The position numbers and the translations under genes were made by a program. Shown piece by piece: positions 36,513 through 44,344 of a stretch of DNA of 55,994 nucleotides. Within the stretch, counting starts at the first letter, position 1. Every line of letters starts with the position of its first letter. Origin of the DNA: Candidatus Micrarchaeota archaeon (GTDB lineage: Archaea > Micrarchaeota > Micrarchaeia > Micrarchaeales > Micrarchaeaceae); assembly GCA_021812105.1 (NCBI GenBank), contig JAKAOQ010000001.1, positions 1-55,994 on the forward strand, given 5' to 3'. Under the pieces are notes generated by a model, which was given only the letters and a program-made list of their open reading frames with translations, was not told the DNA's origin and ran no database searches.

Positions 36513-38081
36513 CTACTTTTTGATACCCTTGTTCAGGAATTCCATGTACGACAGATATGGAGACACGAGCCTGCCTGCTCCTCTCATGCTCGCCGCCGCA
36601 TCCCTTATGAACTCGAGCTGCTTTGCGCTTATCGCCCTAAACGCTGACAGCAATGCAGGATATATCGCGAGCAGAAGCAGCGCGTTGACTGCTATCGCGT
36701 ACTTGCTGTCGTGCATGGCGAACGTCACCCCGAGCAGGAGCAGCGCTAGGACTATGGAGGCCGCGCCTATCTTCGCGGGGCCGGAAAGCGAGAGCTTCAC
36801 TCCGAACTCCTTGCCGAGCAGCCGCACGTACAATGAGGACGCGGCTATAGGGGCTATTATGAATACCGCGAAGATCGCGCCGTAGGCCTTGTACAAAGGA
36901 GTAAGTATCAGGAGCGCTGCAAGCTCTATCGCGACTATGGTGAGCTGGTACTGCATGAAGCGCCTCGAGTTGCCGTGGCCGAGAACGAGCGCGCTCCCTA
37001 TGCTCCATACTATCTCGGCAGAAAGCCCCGCGAGCGCTATCGAAACGTATACAGGGGCCAGAGTATACGCGTGCGAGAACAGCAGGTATACCAGGGGATA
37101 CGCGCTGCCTATCATGTAAGCTATCAACGGGAGGAATATCAGCGAGGCGTAGTATACGCTGCTGTTGAATGCGCTGCCTATCTTGTTCTTTATCGCTTCC
37201 TTAGAGAGCAGCGCGGAGAACGACGCGAGCAGGACAAACGTGGACGACTGTATCATCATGTCCACGAACCTCGATCCTTTCAGGGCTACACCGTAGTTTC
37301 CGACTATCGCCGCCCCCGCGAAAACTCCGAGAAGCATGGGGGCGAAGTTGAGGAGCCCCGTAGTGGCAACGTTCGATACGACTATCGGTATCGAGAAACT
37401 GGTCAGCTCCCTCATTACCTTGCGCTCTATTCCCGCAATCTTGGGCCCTATCTCCCTCGCAATGTAACCGAACGCAACCAGTGAGCCTATAGCGAGAGAC
37501 GCGGCGTAAGCCGCCATCGCGCCAAGCACCCCATAACCCGCTGTAATTAGAAGCACGACCAGCACCAGCTGAACCGAGTTGTAGGAGATGTTGGCTGTCG
37601 TTGCTTCCCTTGTCCTGTGCATTCCGACCAGCGCGGCCTGACCTGCGTTTAACAGCACGGCGAGCAGAGTAGCCAGCGCTGCGATCCTAAGCGGGAGCGT
37701 TATAGATGCGTTGTGGTACACGAACGATGCTATATATGGGCTGGCTATTACTCCGGCCAGTGCTATTATGGCAGCAACCCCGAGCGACACTACGGCGCCG
37801 TTTGATATTATGCTCCTGATCCTCTCCTTCTCTCTTGCGGTCTCTGGTATCATCTTCCTGAATGCGGTGCCTATGCCGAAGTTACCGCCCATCCCTATCA
37901 CGAGCGAGTACGCCATTACTATAGTATATATGCCGTAGAACTCGGGCTTCAGCGTCCTGGCGAGGTATATCACTATGAGCAGAGAGATCAGGGCGTTTAC
38001 AGCCTGCCCCGTCAGGTATATCGTGCTACCCTTGGCGGTCTTGACTCCAAGGGTCCTGAAGTCCTCTCCCTCTTCATCCAT
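36513..38081 (-). CDS. Oligosaccharide flippase (Wzx/MOP superfamily)
   Basis: LARTLKPEFYGIY, FGIGTAF, FSIPI, VGNYGVA; about 14 TM segments. Confidence 0.88.
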   Translation of the reverse strand: MDEEGEDFRTLGVKTAKGSTIYLTGQAVNALISLLIVIYLARTLKPEFYGIYTIVMAYSLVIGMGGNFGIGTAFRKMIPETAREKERIRSIISNGAVVSLGVAAIIALAGVIASPYIASFVYHNASITLPLRIAALATLLAVLLNAGQAALVGMHRTREATTANISYNSVQLVLVVLLITAGYGVLGAMAAYAASLAIGSLVAFGYIAREIGPKIAGIERKVMRELTSFSIPIVVSNVATTGLLNFAPMLLGVFAGAAIVGNYGVALKGSRFVDMMIQSSTFVLLASFSALLSKEAIKNKIGSAFNSSVYYASLIFLPLIAYMIGSAYPLVYLLFSHAYTLAPVYVSIALAGLSAEIVWSIGSALVLGHGNSRRFMQYQLTIVAIELAALLILTPLYKAYGAIFAVFIIAPIAASSLYVRLLGKEFGVKLSLSGPAKIGAASIVLALLLLGVTFAMHDSKYAIAVNALLLLAIYPALLSAFRAISAKQLEFIRDAAASMRGAGRLVSPYLSYMEFLNKGIKK

Positions 38082-38213
38082 CAAAGCACTCTGCGTAGAT
38101 ATGCAACGGAAGTTGCTTAAATGTTTACGGGTCAGTCGAAAACCGTGGTTGATGGAATTGTGCGTTTTGCCTTAATAGGAATATTTAAATATCTTTATCC
38201 CTTTATCCCTATT

Positions 38214-38726
38214 ATGGAAACAAAGATATACGTTTCCGACGATGTCGGCGCGAGATGGAAGGAGCTCGCGATGAAAAGATTCGGCTATGGAAGAGGGTCC
38301 ATAAGCAGGGCCGCCGAAGAGGCGCTCGCGCTTTGGATAGGCGCTGAAGAGAGGATAGAACGCATTCTCGGCGAATTCGTTTCGGCCGCGAAAAACGACG
38401 CACGTGTCTCCGCGCTGCTCCTCTTTGGAAGCTACGCGAGGAAAGAGAGGTACAACGACATAGACGTAGCGGTCGTGGTCGGAGACGGAGTAGGCAGCAG
38501 GGAACGCCTTGCCGTAGTCACCGAGTTCGAGAAGAGGGTGCCTGAAGGAGTAAGGGTAGACATAAGCGTATTCAATTCGCTAGGTGTGGATGTAAAGTCT
38601 AGTATACTGTCAGAGGGAATTGTGTTGTACTCCAAGGACAGGAGCGTTGTTTATGACCTCTCTTCTGAAGTGATAAAACAGAATTCTGACTTCGGTGTTG
38701 GATTGCGCTCTGTTTTGGGTGTGTAG
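38214..38726 (+). CDS. MNT (minimal nucleotidyltransferase) antitoxin with N-terminal ribbon-helix-helix domain
   Basis: ETKIYVSDDVGARWKELA...SISRAAEEAL (RHH-like), then LFGSYAR..YNDIDVAV and VDISVFN. Confidence 0.85.
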   Translation: METKIYVSDDVGARWKELAMKRFGYGRGSISRAAEEALALWIGAEERIERILGEFVSAAKNDARVSALLLFGSYARKERYNDIDVAVVVGDGVGSRERLAVVTEFEKRVPEGVRVDISVFNSLGVDVKSSILSEGIVLYSKDRSVVYDLSSEVIKQNSDFGVGLRSVLGV

Positions 38727-39152
38727 ATGCTTGACAGGGGGAGGATAGCAAAAAGGCTGCTGGATCTGGAGAGGTACTCGTCCAGGCTGGAGAAGATAGC
38801 CCCAGCCAGCTTTGAGAAGTATATGGAAGCGGGCCATGAGCTGAAGGCCGCGGTGGAAAGATATCTCCAGCTGATAAGTGATATAGAACTGGATATATCA
38901 CTGCTGGTCTACAAGGGCATGGAGCTCTCGCTCGCCGGAGACGAGACGAGTCTGCTTGAAAGGCTGCAGGGAGTGCTCGGCAAGAAAGTAATAGAGGAGG
39001 TGAGACCCAGAAGGACGCTGAGGAACAAACTGGTCCATGCATATTCGGACGAATCCTACGATGAAGACGCCTTCGCACAGGCGCATGATTTGAGGGATAT
39101 AGTGGAATTTGAGAAGGCAGTTAAAAGGCAGCTCGGAAAGAAGAGGGCGTGA
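38727..39152 (+). CDS. HEPN (DUF86/HepT-like) RNase toxin
   Basis: AVERYLQ and RNKLVHAY (Rx4HxY); abuts the MNT stop codon. Confidence 0.88.
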   Translation: MLDRGRIAKRLLDLERYSSRLEKIAPASFEKYMEAGHELKAAVERYLQLISDIELDISLLVYKGMELSLAGDETSLLERLQGVLGKKVIEEVRPRRTLRNKLVHAYSDESYDEDAFAQAHDLRDIVEFEKAVKRQLGKKRA

Positions 39153-39262
39153 CGACTTCACAAAAGTGCCCCTAAACCATTGACACCTTGACCAAGTCGC
39201 AGTAATGATGGACAGGCACGCTCGATTGGGTAAAAGAATGTTGATTTTGTATGCCAGATGGG

Positions 39263-39286
39263 GAGACCTGCGTGAAAGCGCAGGCC
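39263..39286. terminator. GC-rich hairpin between convergent units, after module copy 2
   Basis: CCTGCGT-GAAA-GCGCAGG. Confidence 0.5.
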
Positions 39287-39307
39287 CGGATTAGAATGTT
39301 GGGATAA

Positions 39308-39472
39308 TTAGCGTATTATGGGAGATGTAGACCTGAACCTGCCGACAATCTTGGAGAACAAACCTGTTTTCCTTGTCGTTTCTTGCGGTATATCCTCGTC
39401 CTTTAACCTTAGATCCCAGACGAAACCCGGAATCCTTTCTACCACAACAACGTCGTCGTCGAGTTTCGTCAT
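39308..39472 (-). CDS. 54-aa microprotein; paralog of 5409-5549
   Basis: Manual translation MTKLDDDVVVVERIPGFVWDLRLKDEDIPQETTRKTGLFSKIVGRFRSTSPIIR; AGGTGA SD and ATGA overlap with the upstream gene. Confidence 0.78.
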   Translation of the reverse strand: MTKLDDDVVVVERIPGFVWDLRLKDEDIPQETTRKTGLFSKIVGRFRSTSPIIR

Positions 39473-39720
39473 GCCCTCACCTTCCTAAGATTGTAATAAC
39501 TCAGTGCAACGCCGTACTTGCCCTTCATGTTCTTCGCGATATACTCGCCTATCGAGTCGTCCTCGCCGGTGTACTTAGCCTTGACTACATAACCGTATTC
39601 GCCCTCGGTTATGTCGACTTCCCCTATGGCCTTTATGCCGAGCAGCCTCTCGGAAAGAGATTTGGCGTCCGTATTCGGTATAGGCTTTATGAAAAAGAAC
39701 TTATGCGGCTTCGCGCACAT
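39469..39720 (-). CDS. Small stand-alone RAM/ACT-like protein; paralog of 5108-5398
   Basis: HKFFFIKPIPNTDAKSLSERLLGIKAIGEVDITEGEYGYVVKAKY...IAKNM...LSYY. Start is 39720 or 39780. Confidence 0.75.
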   Translation of the reverse strand: MCAKPHKFFFIKPIPNTDAKSLSERLLGIKAIGEVDITEGEYGYVVKAKYTGEDDSIGEYIAKNMKGKYGVALSYYNLRKVRA

Positions 39721-39902
39721 AACGCCTCTTTTGATTTTTGATACCTGCGTTGTTCCACCCACCAACCCACCATTATACATTGTATCGCATTTGATTTATA
39801 TACCTTTTACTTTTTCTAAAATTTGATATGATTTTTTCGGATTATGGAAAGTATACTGGAAGGGAGTATAGGTCTTAAATTACTTTGTAATGAATAAATT
39901 AT

Positions 39903-40904
39903 ATGCAATTCAATAAGCTCCACAGGACCCTATTACAGGGACTCTGTTTGAACTCTAGAACGAGGACCCCCGAGCTCTCCAGGAAAATAGGTATTTCAAG
40001 GTACAAGATTACGAATTTGATAAAAGAAGTAGAAAAAGAGTTGGGGCTTAGCTACACCCTAGAGTTAGATTATAAAAAATTGGGTTTTGGGGCTTTACAT
40101 TTAACTTATCTGAATTTTGAGAAAAAACCAAGTTTGAAATCAATATCCGATGTACTAAATAAAATTCCATCAATACAGTTGGCATTGGCCACAAATGGAG
40201 ATTTTGAACTTCTCTGTTTCACAGTAACCAAGACTGCCATTGAATATTCCCAGGTAGAGGTCGCTATGCAGATTTTATTTGAAAGATACGGCACAATGGT
40301 ACACTCCAGCGAGATAACACTGATGCGACACGGGTTCGTGCCTCTCAGCAATGCGCTTATAGGCCAGTCCGCGATAGAAGGGAGCTATAAGAGCCTGCTG
40401 CCCGTTCTTAACACAAACTCAAGAATGAAAATCAGGGAGATAAGTAAAAGGATAAATATGAGTGAGGATCTTGTCCGATACTATATGATAAAGATGAAAA
40501 AAGAGCGTATAATAAGGAGGTACACCACCATAGTGACAAAACCGAACACAAAATTTACGATTGCATACTTTTCAAGCTACTCTGTGAGAGAGAATATTCG
40601 ATCGAGAATAGATAAAGAGAGGAACGAAATTATTTTCCGCAACGATGAGGTGAGTTATGTGAACAATTTCCAAATGATGTTTTCCATAACTGGTAGTGGG
40701 CAGGCATTCAATCTCGCGGCTTTTCCTAACAGGAAGTATGGATTAGAGCACAGCATAAATGCGCACAACGCAATATATGCACCCGAAAAGCCCGAGGTAA
40801 AGAAGGCCGTCATAATAAAGGTGGTAAAAGGTATACTGCCTCTTAGGAATATCGATGTGAAGGCAAATTATGACTACACGAACTGGCCAACAGAATTCTC
40901 CTGA
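39903..40904 (+). CDS. Tandem Lrp/AsnC-type transcriptional regulator
   Basis: Two wHTH units (LCLNSRTRTPELSRKIGIS; LNTNSRMKIREISKRINMS) with RAM-like domains (TNGDFEL); same architecture as 3439-4824 without its N-terminal domain. Confidence 0.82.
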   Translation: MQFNKLHRTLLQGLCLNSRTRTPELSRKIGISRYKITNLIKEVEKELGLSYTLELDYKKLGFGALHLTYLNFEKKPSLKSISDVLNKIPSIQLALATNGDFELLCFTVTKTAIEYSQVEVAMQILFERYGTMVHSSEITLMRHGFVPLSNALIGQSAIEGSYKSLLPVLNTNSRMKIREISKRINMSEDLVRYYMIKMKKERIIRRYTTIVTKPNTKFTIAYFSSYSVRENIRSRIDKERNEIIFRNDEVSYVNNFQMMFSITGSGQAFNLAAFPNRKYGLEHSINAHNAIYAPEKPEVKKAVIIKVVKGILPLRNIDVKANYDYTNWPTEFS

Positions 40905-42136
40905 TCAGATAATTTATTACTAATCTCAGTGAATTTTTGCTCTATTTCTAATGGTTTGCCTATTCCTATGACAATGGTTTCGTCATCTTTTGGGTGTATG
41001 ATGTCCTTTATGAAATTCAGCTCCTCTTCTCTTATCTCTTTATCCGGATTTTCTTCGGTAAAGAGCAAGGGTGTTTCAGGAACATGCAGGCCGGCACCCG
41101 TCGCCTCTTTCAACTTAATCCTGTTAACAACGAATGCAAGTGCCCTGTTCTCCCATTTTATTGCGTCTGATATGATTTCGCTTTTGCTATTTACAAATGC
41201 GCTAGTAACATCATAAATCAGAATGTCGTTTGTAACAGGTATATAATTTGACCGCCTCGGCTGTAAGCTTTGAACAAGCACGCCAAAAGCCACGCCAAAA
41301 GCGATCAGTAGGTAGTAGGGCTCTATGCGTGTGCCAAGGAATACCCAACTAAACAGCATAGTAAAAAAAGGACTTGCAATGAAAACGTTCCCTGCGATCG
41401 AGGTCTTTACGCTTCTGAATGCCGCAACAAACAGAAAAGTAAGAAGCACGTTTTGTACAATGCCCAGTATAAGCACCCCGATAACGGTCGCGCCGCTGAC
41501 ACCTGAGAGGTTAAGCGAACCGGTAAAGATTGAAAGGAGGGAGAATACTATCAAAGCGACCAGATTGTATGCAAAGATGGAACTTGTCAGTTCGTAGTTA
41601 TACCTCTTGGATATTCCGGAAACGAACGCGTCCAATACGGCGGCGACAAGCAGCAGCAGAACAAAAGGGAGATAACGTATAGGTATGCTTATAGCTGTTC
41701 CGCCAAGAAGAGTTGCGGCGAGGGCGGAAAAACCAATTACTACGCCGGCGATGTCATACTTGGTGACATGTTCCCGCAGGAGTTTTGGAGCCATGAGTAT
41801 GAGTATCAAGGGCCAAGATCTGTAGACAACAGCAAGCAAATCTGCGCTGACGAAATGCGTTACATAGCTAAATATAAGGGATATACCAGCGTATGCCAAG
41901 AGCCCAAATGAGAGAAGGGTCAATATGCCTTTGCCCGTAGTAAAATATGTTTTGACGTGCTTCAGTGTTCTTCTAGAATACGCTACCATAAACGAAACGG
42001 ACGTACCGACTAGGGAAACCAAAAGCATGAGGGTGATAGGATTTATACCGTTGCCTAGTACGTATGCTATAGGTACCACTGCAGTAAACAGCAGCGCAAA
42101 CGAAAGGAGGACATAACCGTAAAGCTTTACATTCAT
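40874..42136 (-). CDS. EamA/DMT transporter with soluble C-terminal GAD-like domain
   Basis: Ten TM helices in two EamA repeats (WPLILILMAPKLLREH; SPFFTMLFSWVFLG) plus a ~115-aa soluble tail; TATA box ~25 nt before the ATG. Confidence 0.85.
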   Translation of the reverse strand: MNVKLYGYVLLSFALLFTAVVPIAYVLGNGINPITLMLLVSLVGTSVSFMVAYSRRTLKHVKTYFTTGKGILTLLSFGLLAYAGISLIFSYVTHFVSADLLAVVYRSWPLILILMAPKLLREHVTKYDIAGVVIGFSALAATLLGGTAISIPIRYLPFVLLLLVAAVLDAFVSGISKRYNYELTSSIFAYNLVALIVFSLLSIFTGSLNLSGVSGATVIGVLILGIVQNVLLTFLFVAAFRSVKTSIAGNVFIASPFFTMLFSWVFLGTRIEPYYLLIAFGVAFGVLVQSLQPRRSNYIPVTNDILIYDVTSAFVNSKSEIISDAIKWENRALAFVVNRIKLKEATGAGLHVPETPLLFTEENPDKEIREEELNFIKDIIHPKDDETIVIGIGKPLEIEQKFTEISNKLSDQENSVGQFV

Positions 42137-42416
42137 ATTTTCCGTTTGGCAATCTGTTTATTTAAATACTGACATAATTCGCAAAACGCTTCAAAAAAAT
42201 TAGGATTATGTAAATTAAAACAAAATATAGAGGGGGAAAATGATTATAAAAGCAAGGGAGGGTTACTAAAATATATCCTGATATAGTGTATGGGCACAAC
42301 CGTCCCTCATTTTGGGAACAGAAAACCAAGACCAGCTTCACAGTAATCTTTAATAATCTTAACTATAAATTATCAACGCTCGTCTTTGTTTTATGAGAGA
42401 CTAGCGGTGCTTATAC

Positions 42417-42569
42417 ATGGGAAGGTCTCCTTTAGCCGACGCTGAACTGTCGAAGATATGGATCTGCAAGAAGTGCAAGGCCAGAAACAGAGCGGGGAGC
42501 ACCAAGTGCAGGAGGTGCGGCTATCCCGCGCTGAGACCCAAGAGGAAGGACGTAAAGGCGAAGAAGTAG
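42417..42569 (+). CDS. rpl40e: 50S ribosomal protein L40e
   Basis: Not in the ORF track. MGRSPLADAELSKIWICKKCKARNRAGSTKCRRCGYPALRPKRKDVKAKK. Confidence 0.93.
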   Translation: MGRSPLADAELSKIWICKKCKARNRAGSTKCRRCGYPALRPKRKDVKAKK

Positions 42570-42654
42570 CGCCTCGGCAAGGATTATAAACCTATGTTGG
42601 TTGATTCTAAACGAACGCTTATATCTAATTTAATGAATTGGAATCGGTGAAAGA

Positions 42655-42876
42655 ATGGTAGACCTGGATCCAGTAGAGCAGCTAATAGTGAAGGCCATGC
42701 AGGAGATTGGCGCGACTAAGGACAGCAGCATAAAGACCGCGGATGACATAGCGAGGAAGTGCAACCGGCCCAAAGGTCTGATAACCAACAAGCTTGTAAC
42801 TCTTGCCCAGAAGGGAGTAATAAAGAGAGTAGCGAGGGAAAAGGCCGCTGGCTACTATCTCGTTCAGAGCGTGTAA
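42655..42876 (+). CDS. Small winged-helix DNA-binding protein
   Basis: KTADDIARKCNRPKGLITNKLVTLAQKGVIKRV...GYYL. Confidence 0.75.
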   Translation: MVDLDPVEQLIVKAMQEIGATKDSSIKTADDIARKCNRPKGLITNKLVTLAQKGVIKRVAREKAAGYYLVQSV

Positions 42877-42878
42877 AT

Positions 42879-43334
42879 ATGGATGAGCCAGGAGAATACA
42901 TAGACTTCATGGCGCGCTACAGGGACTGGATAGCTATAAAGAGGATCGGAATAAGGGACAGCACCAAACCCGAAGAAATTTCCATGTACCTCGCATCTGT
43001 GAAGGGCGCGATAGAGCCGAAGCTTTACAAGTATCTTGAGATTGACACCGCTTCTCTTGATGGGTTCGCGAGCGAACTCACCAAAGACCTGAGGAAGGGG
43101 TACGATTCGCTGCTGCAGGTCTTGCCGAAGCTGAAGGAACAAGCGACGAAAGAGGCGGTGAAGAAAGCGTGTAAGAATCCTAATACTTCGCAGATAGCGG
43201 AATCGTATCTGCTAGGCAGGGTTCTCTCAAAGCTTGGGACCGAACCGTTCGCTACTCCAGAAATGCTTGTAAAGGTCTTTCCGGAACTCAAACTACCCAA
43301 GCAGAGGATGCCGAAAAAGCTCGGCAAAAACTGA
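42879..43334 (+). CDS. DUF2666-like archaeal protein
   Basis: FMARYRDWIAIKR...PEEISMYLASV and C-terminal VFPELKLPK; begins 2 nt after the wHTH gene. Confidence 0.6.
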   Translation: MDEPGEYIDFMARYRDWIAIKRIGIRDSTKPEEISMYLASVKGAIEPKLYKYLEIDTASLDGFASELTKDLRKGYDSLLQVLPKLKEQATKEAVKKACKNPNTSQIAESYLLGRVLSKLGTEPFATPEMLVKVFPELKLPKQRMPKKLGKN

Positions 43335-43377
43335 GTGCTGATTGGATTATTTTGGAGCGCGAATTGATCACTAATTT

Positions 43378-44226
43378 TTAGTAAGCTCCCAGGATTACCC
43401 CTCCGCAAACGACTATGGCCAATCCAAGTATCTGTATCTTGCTAAGCCTATCGTGATATATGAAATGTGCGAATACTGCTACGATGGCCGGTGAGGTGTT
43501 TGAGACAACCGCAGCAGTAACCAGCTGCTTTATCGAAGTAAGTATGGTGAATATAGCGTTGCCCAACCCCGATGACACGCCGGCCGCGGTTCCTATAGCT
43601 GCCAGTTTAGAGTTCTTCGCGCTTATCGCAGCGCGATTCTTACCCTTTGCCAAAACCACAGCGAGCACTATAGTAAAGAATACCAAGAAGCTAACCAGTG
43701 TAGGTATTACGTGGTTTGGCGTGTGATTTATCGGGTATACGAGCAGTATCCAGCTCAGCGACCAGAACACGTTCGCGATCAACGCCGGCACAAGCCTGCC
43801 GTTGAACTTCATCCCCTTTTCTATTGATACGAAGAGTATGCCTACTACTATCGCTATTATGCCTATCCCCTTCGCCAGGCTTACGCTCTCGCCAAGTGCG
43901 AATATACCGTAGAGCGCTATTAGGAGGACCTGGACCTCCACCGTCGCATACGTGTTGGACGCCTGCTGCTTCTCCAGTGTCTTGTAGAACAGCATATACC
44001 CTAATACCAGAGCGATGCCGCTCAGCACAGAAAATAGAAGCGAATAGTAGCTTATGCCGATAGACCCGATCAGAAGCACGACCGCAGAAAGCACGATGAT
44101 ATTCCCTACGGCGATGAAGAATGAGGCAAACAGATAGCCGCGCTTCGAGGATACGTTCTTGATCAGTATGCCAGACGTGGCGAAGGTTAGCGCGATTACA
44201 AGGGCGAGTGTGACTGGTAGCAGCAT
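43378..44226 (-). CDS. EamA/DMT transporter
   Basis: Ten TM helices; GYMLFYKTL, ALGESVS, SPAIVAVFAHFIYHDRLS. Confidence 0.88.
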   Translation of the reverse strand: MLLPVTLALVIALTFATSGILIKNVSSKRGYLFASFFIAVGNIIVLSAVVLLIGSIGISYYSLLFSVLSGIALVLGYMLFYKTLEKQQASNTYATVEVQVLLIALYGIFALGESVSLAKGIGIIAIVVGILFVSIEKGMKFNGRLVPALIANVFWSLSWILLVYPINHTPNHVIPTLVSFLVFFTIVLAVVLAKGKNRAAISAKNSKLAAIGTAAGVSSGLGNAIFTILTSIKQLVTAAVVSNTSPAIVAVFAHFIYHDRLSKIQILGLAIVVCGGVILGAY

Positions 44227-44344
44227 CGCATTACCGGCAGGGTTGTGCTATTGTTATGCTGCTATGGAATAATAATGTTTTGTCTTGATGGGCCGGGCAT
44301 CTGCGAGGCATGCATATGCCGCCTACGCCTGCCACATCTTCGTT

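Noticed and set aside
42240..42312. Micro-ORFs upstream of the EamA gene (plus strand MIIKAREGY; minus strand MRDGCAHTLYQDIF)
   Set aside because: No convincing TATA plus SD plus terminator set and no similarity to the 3350 peptide; likely chance.
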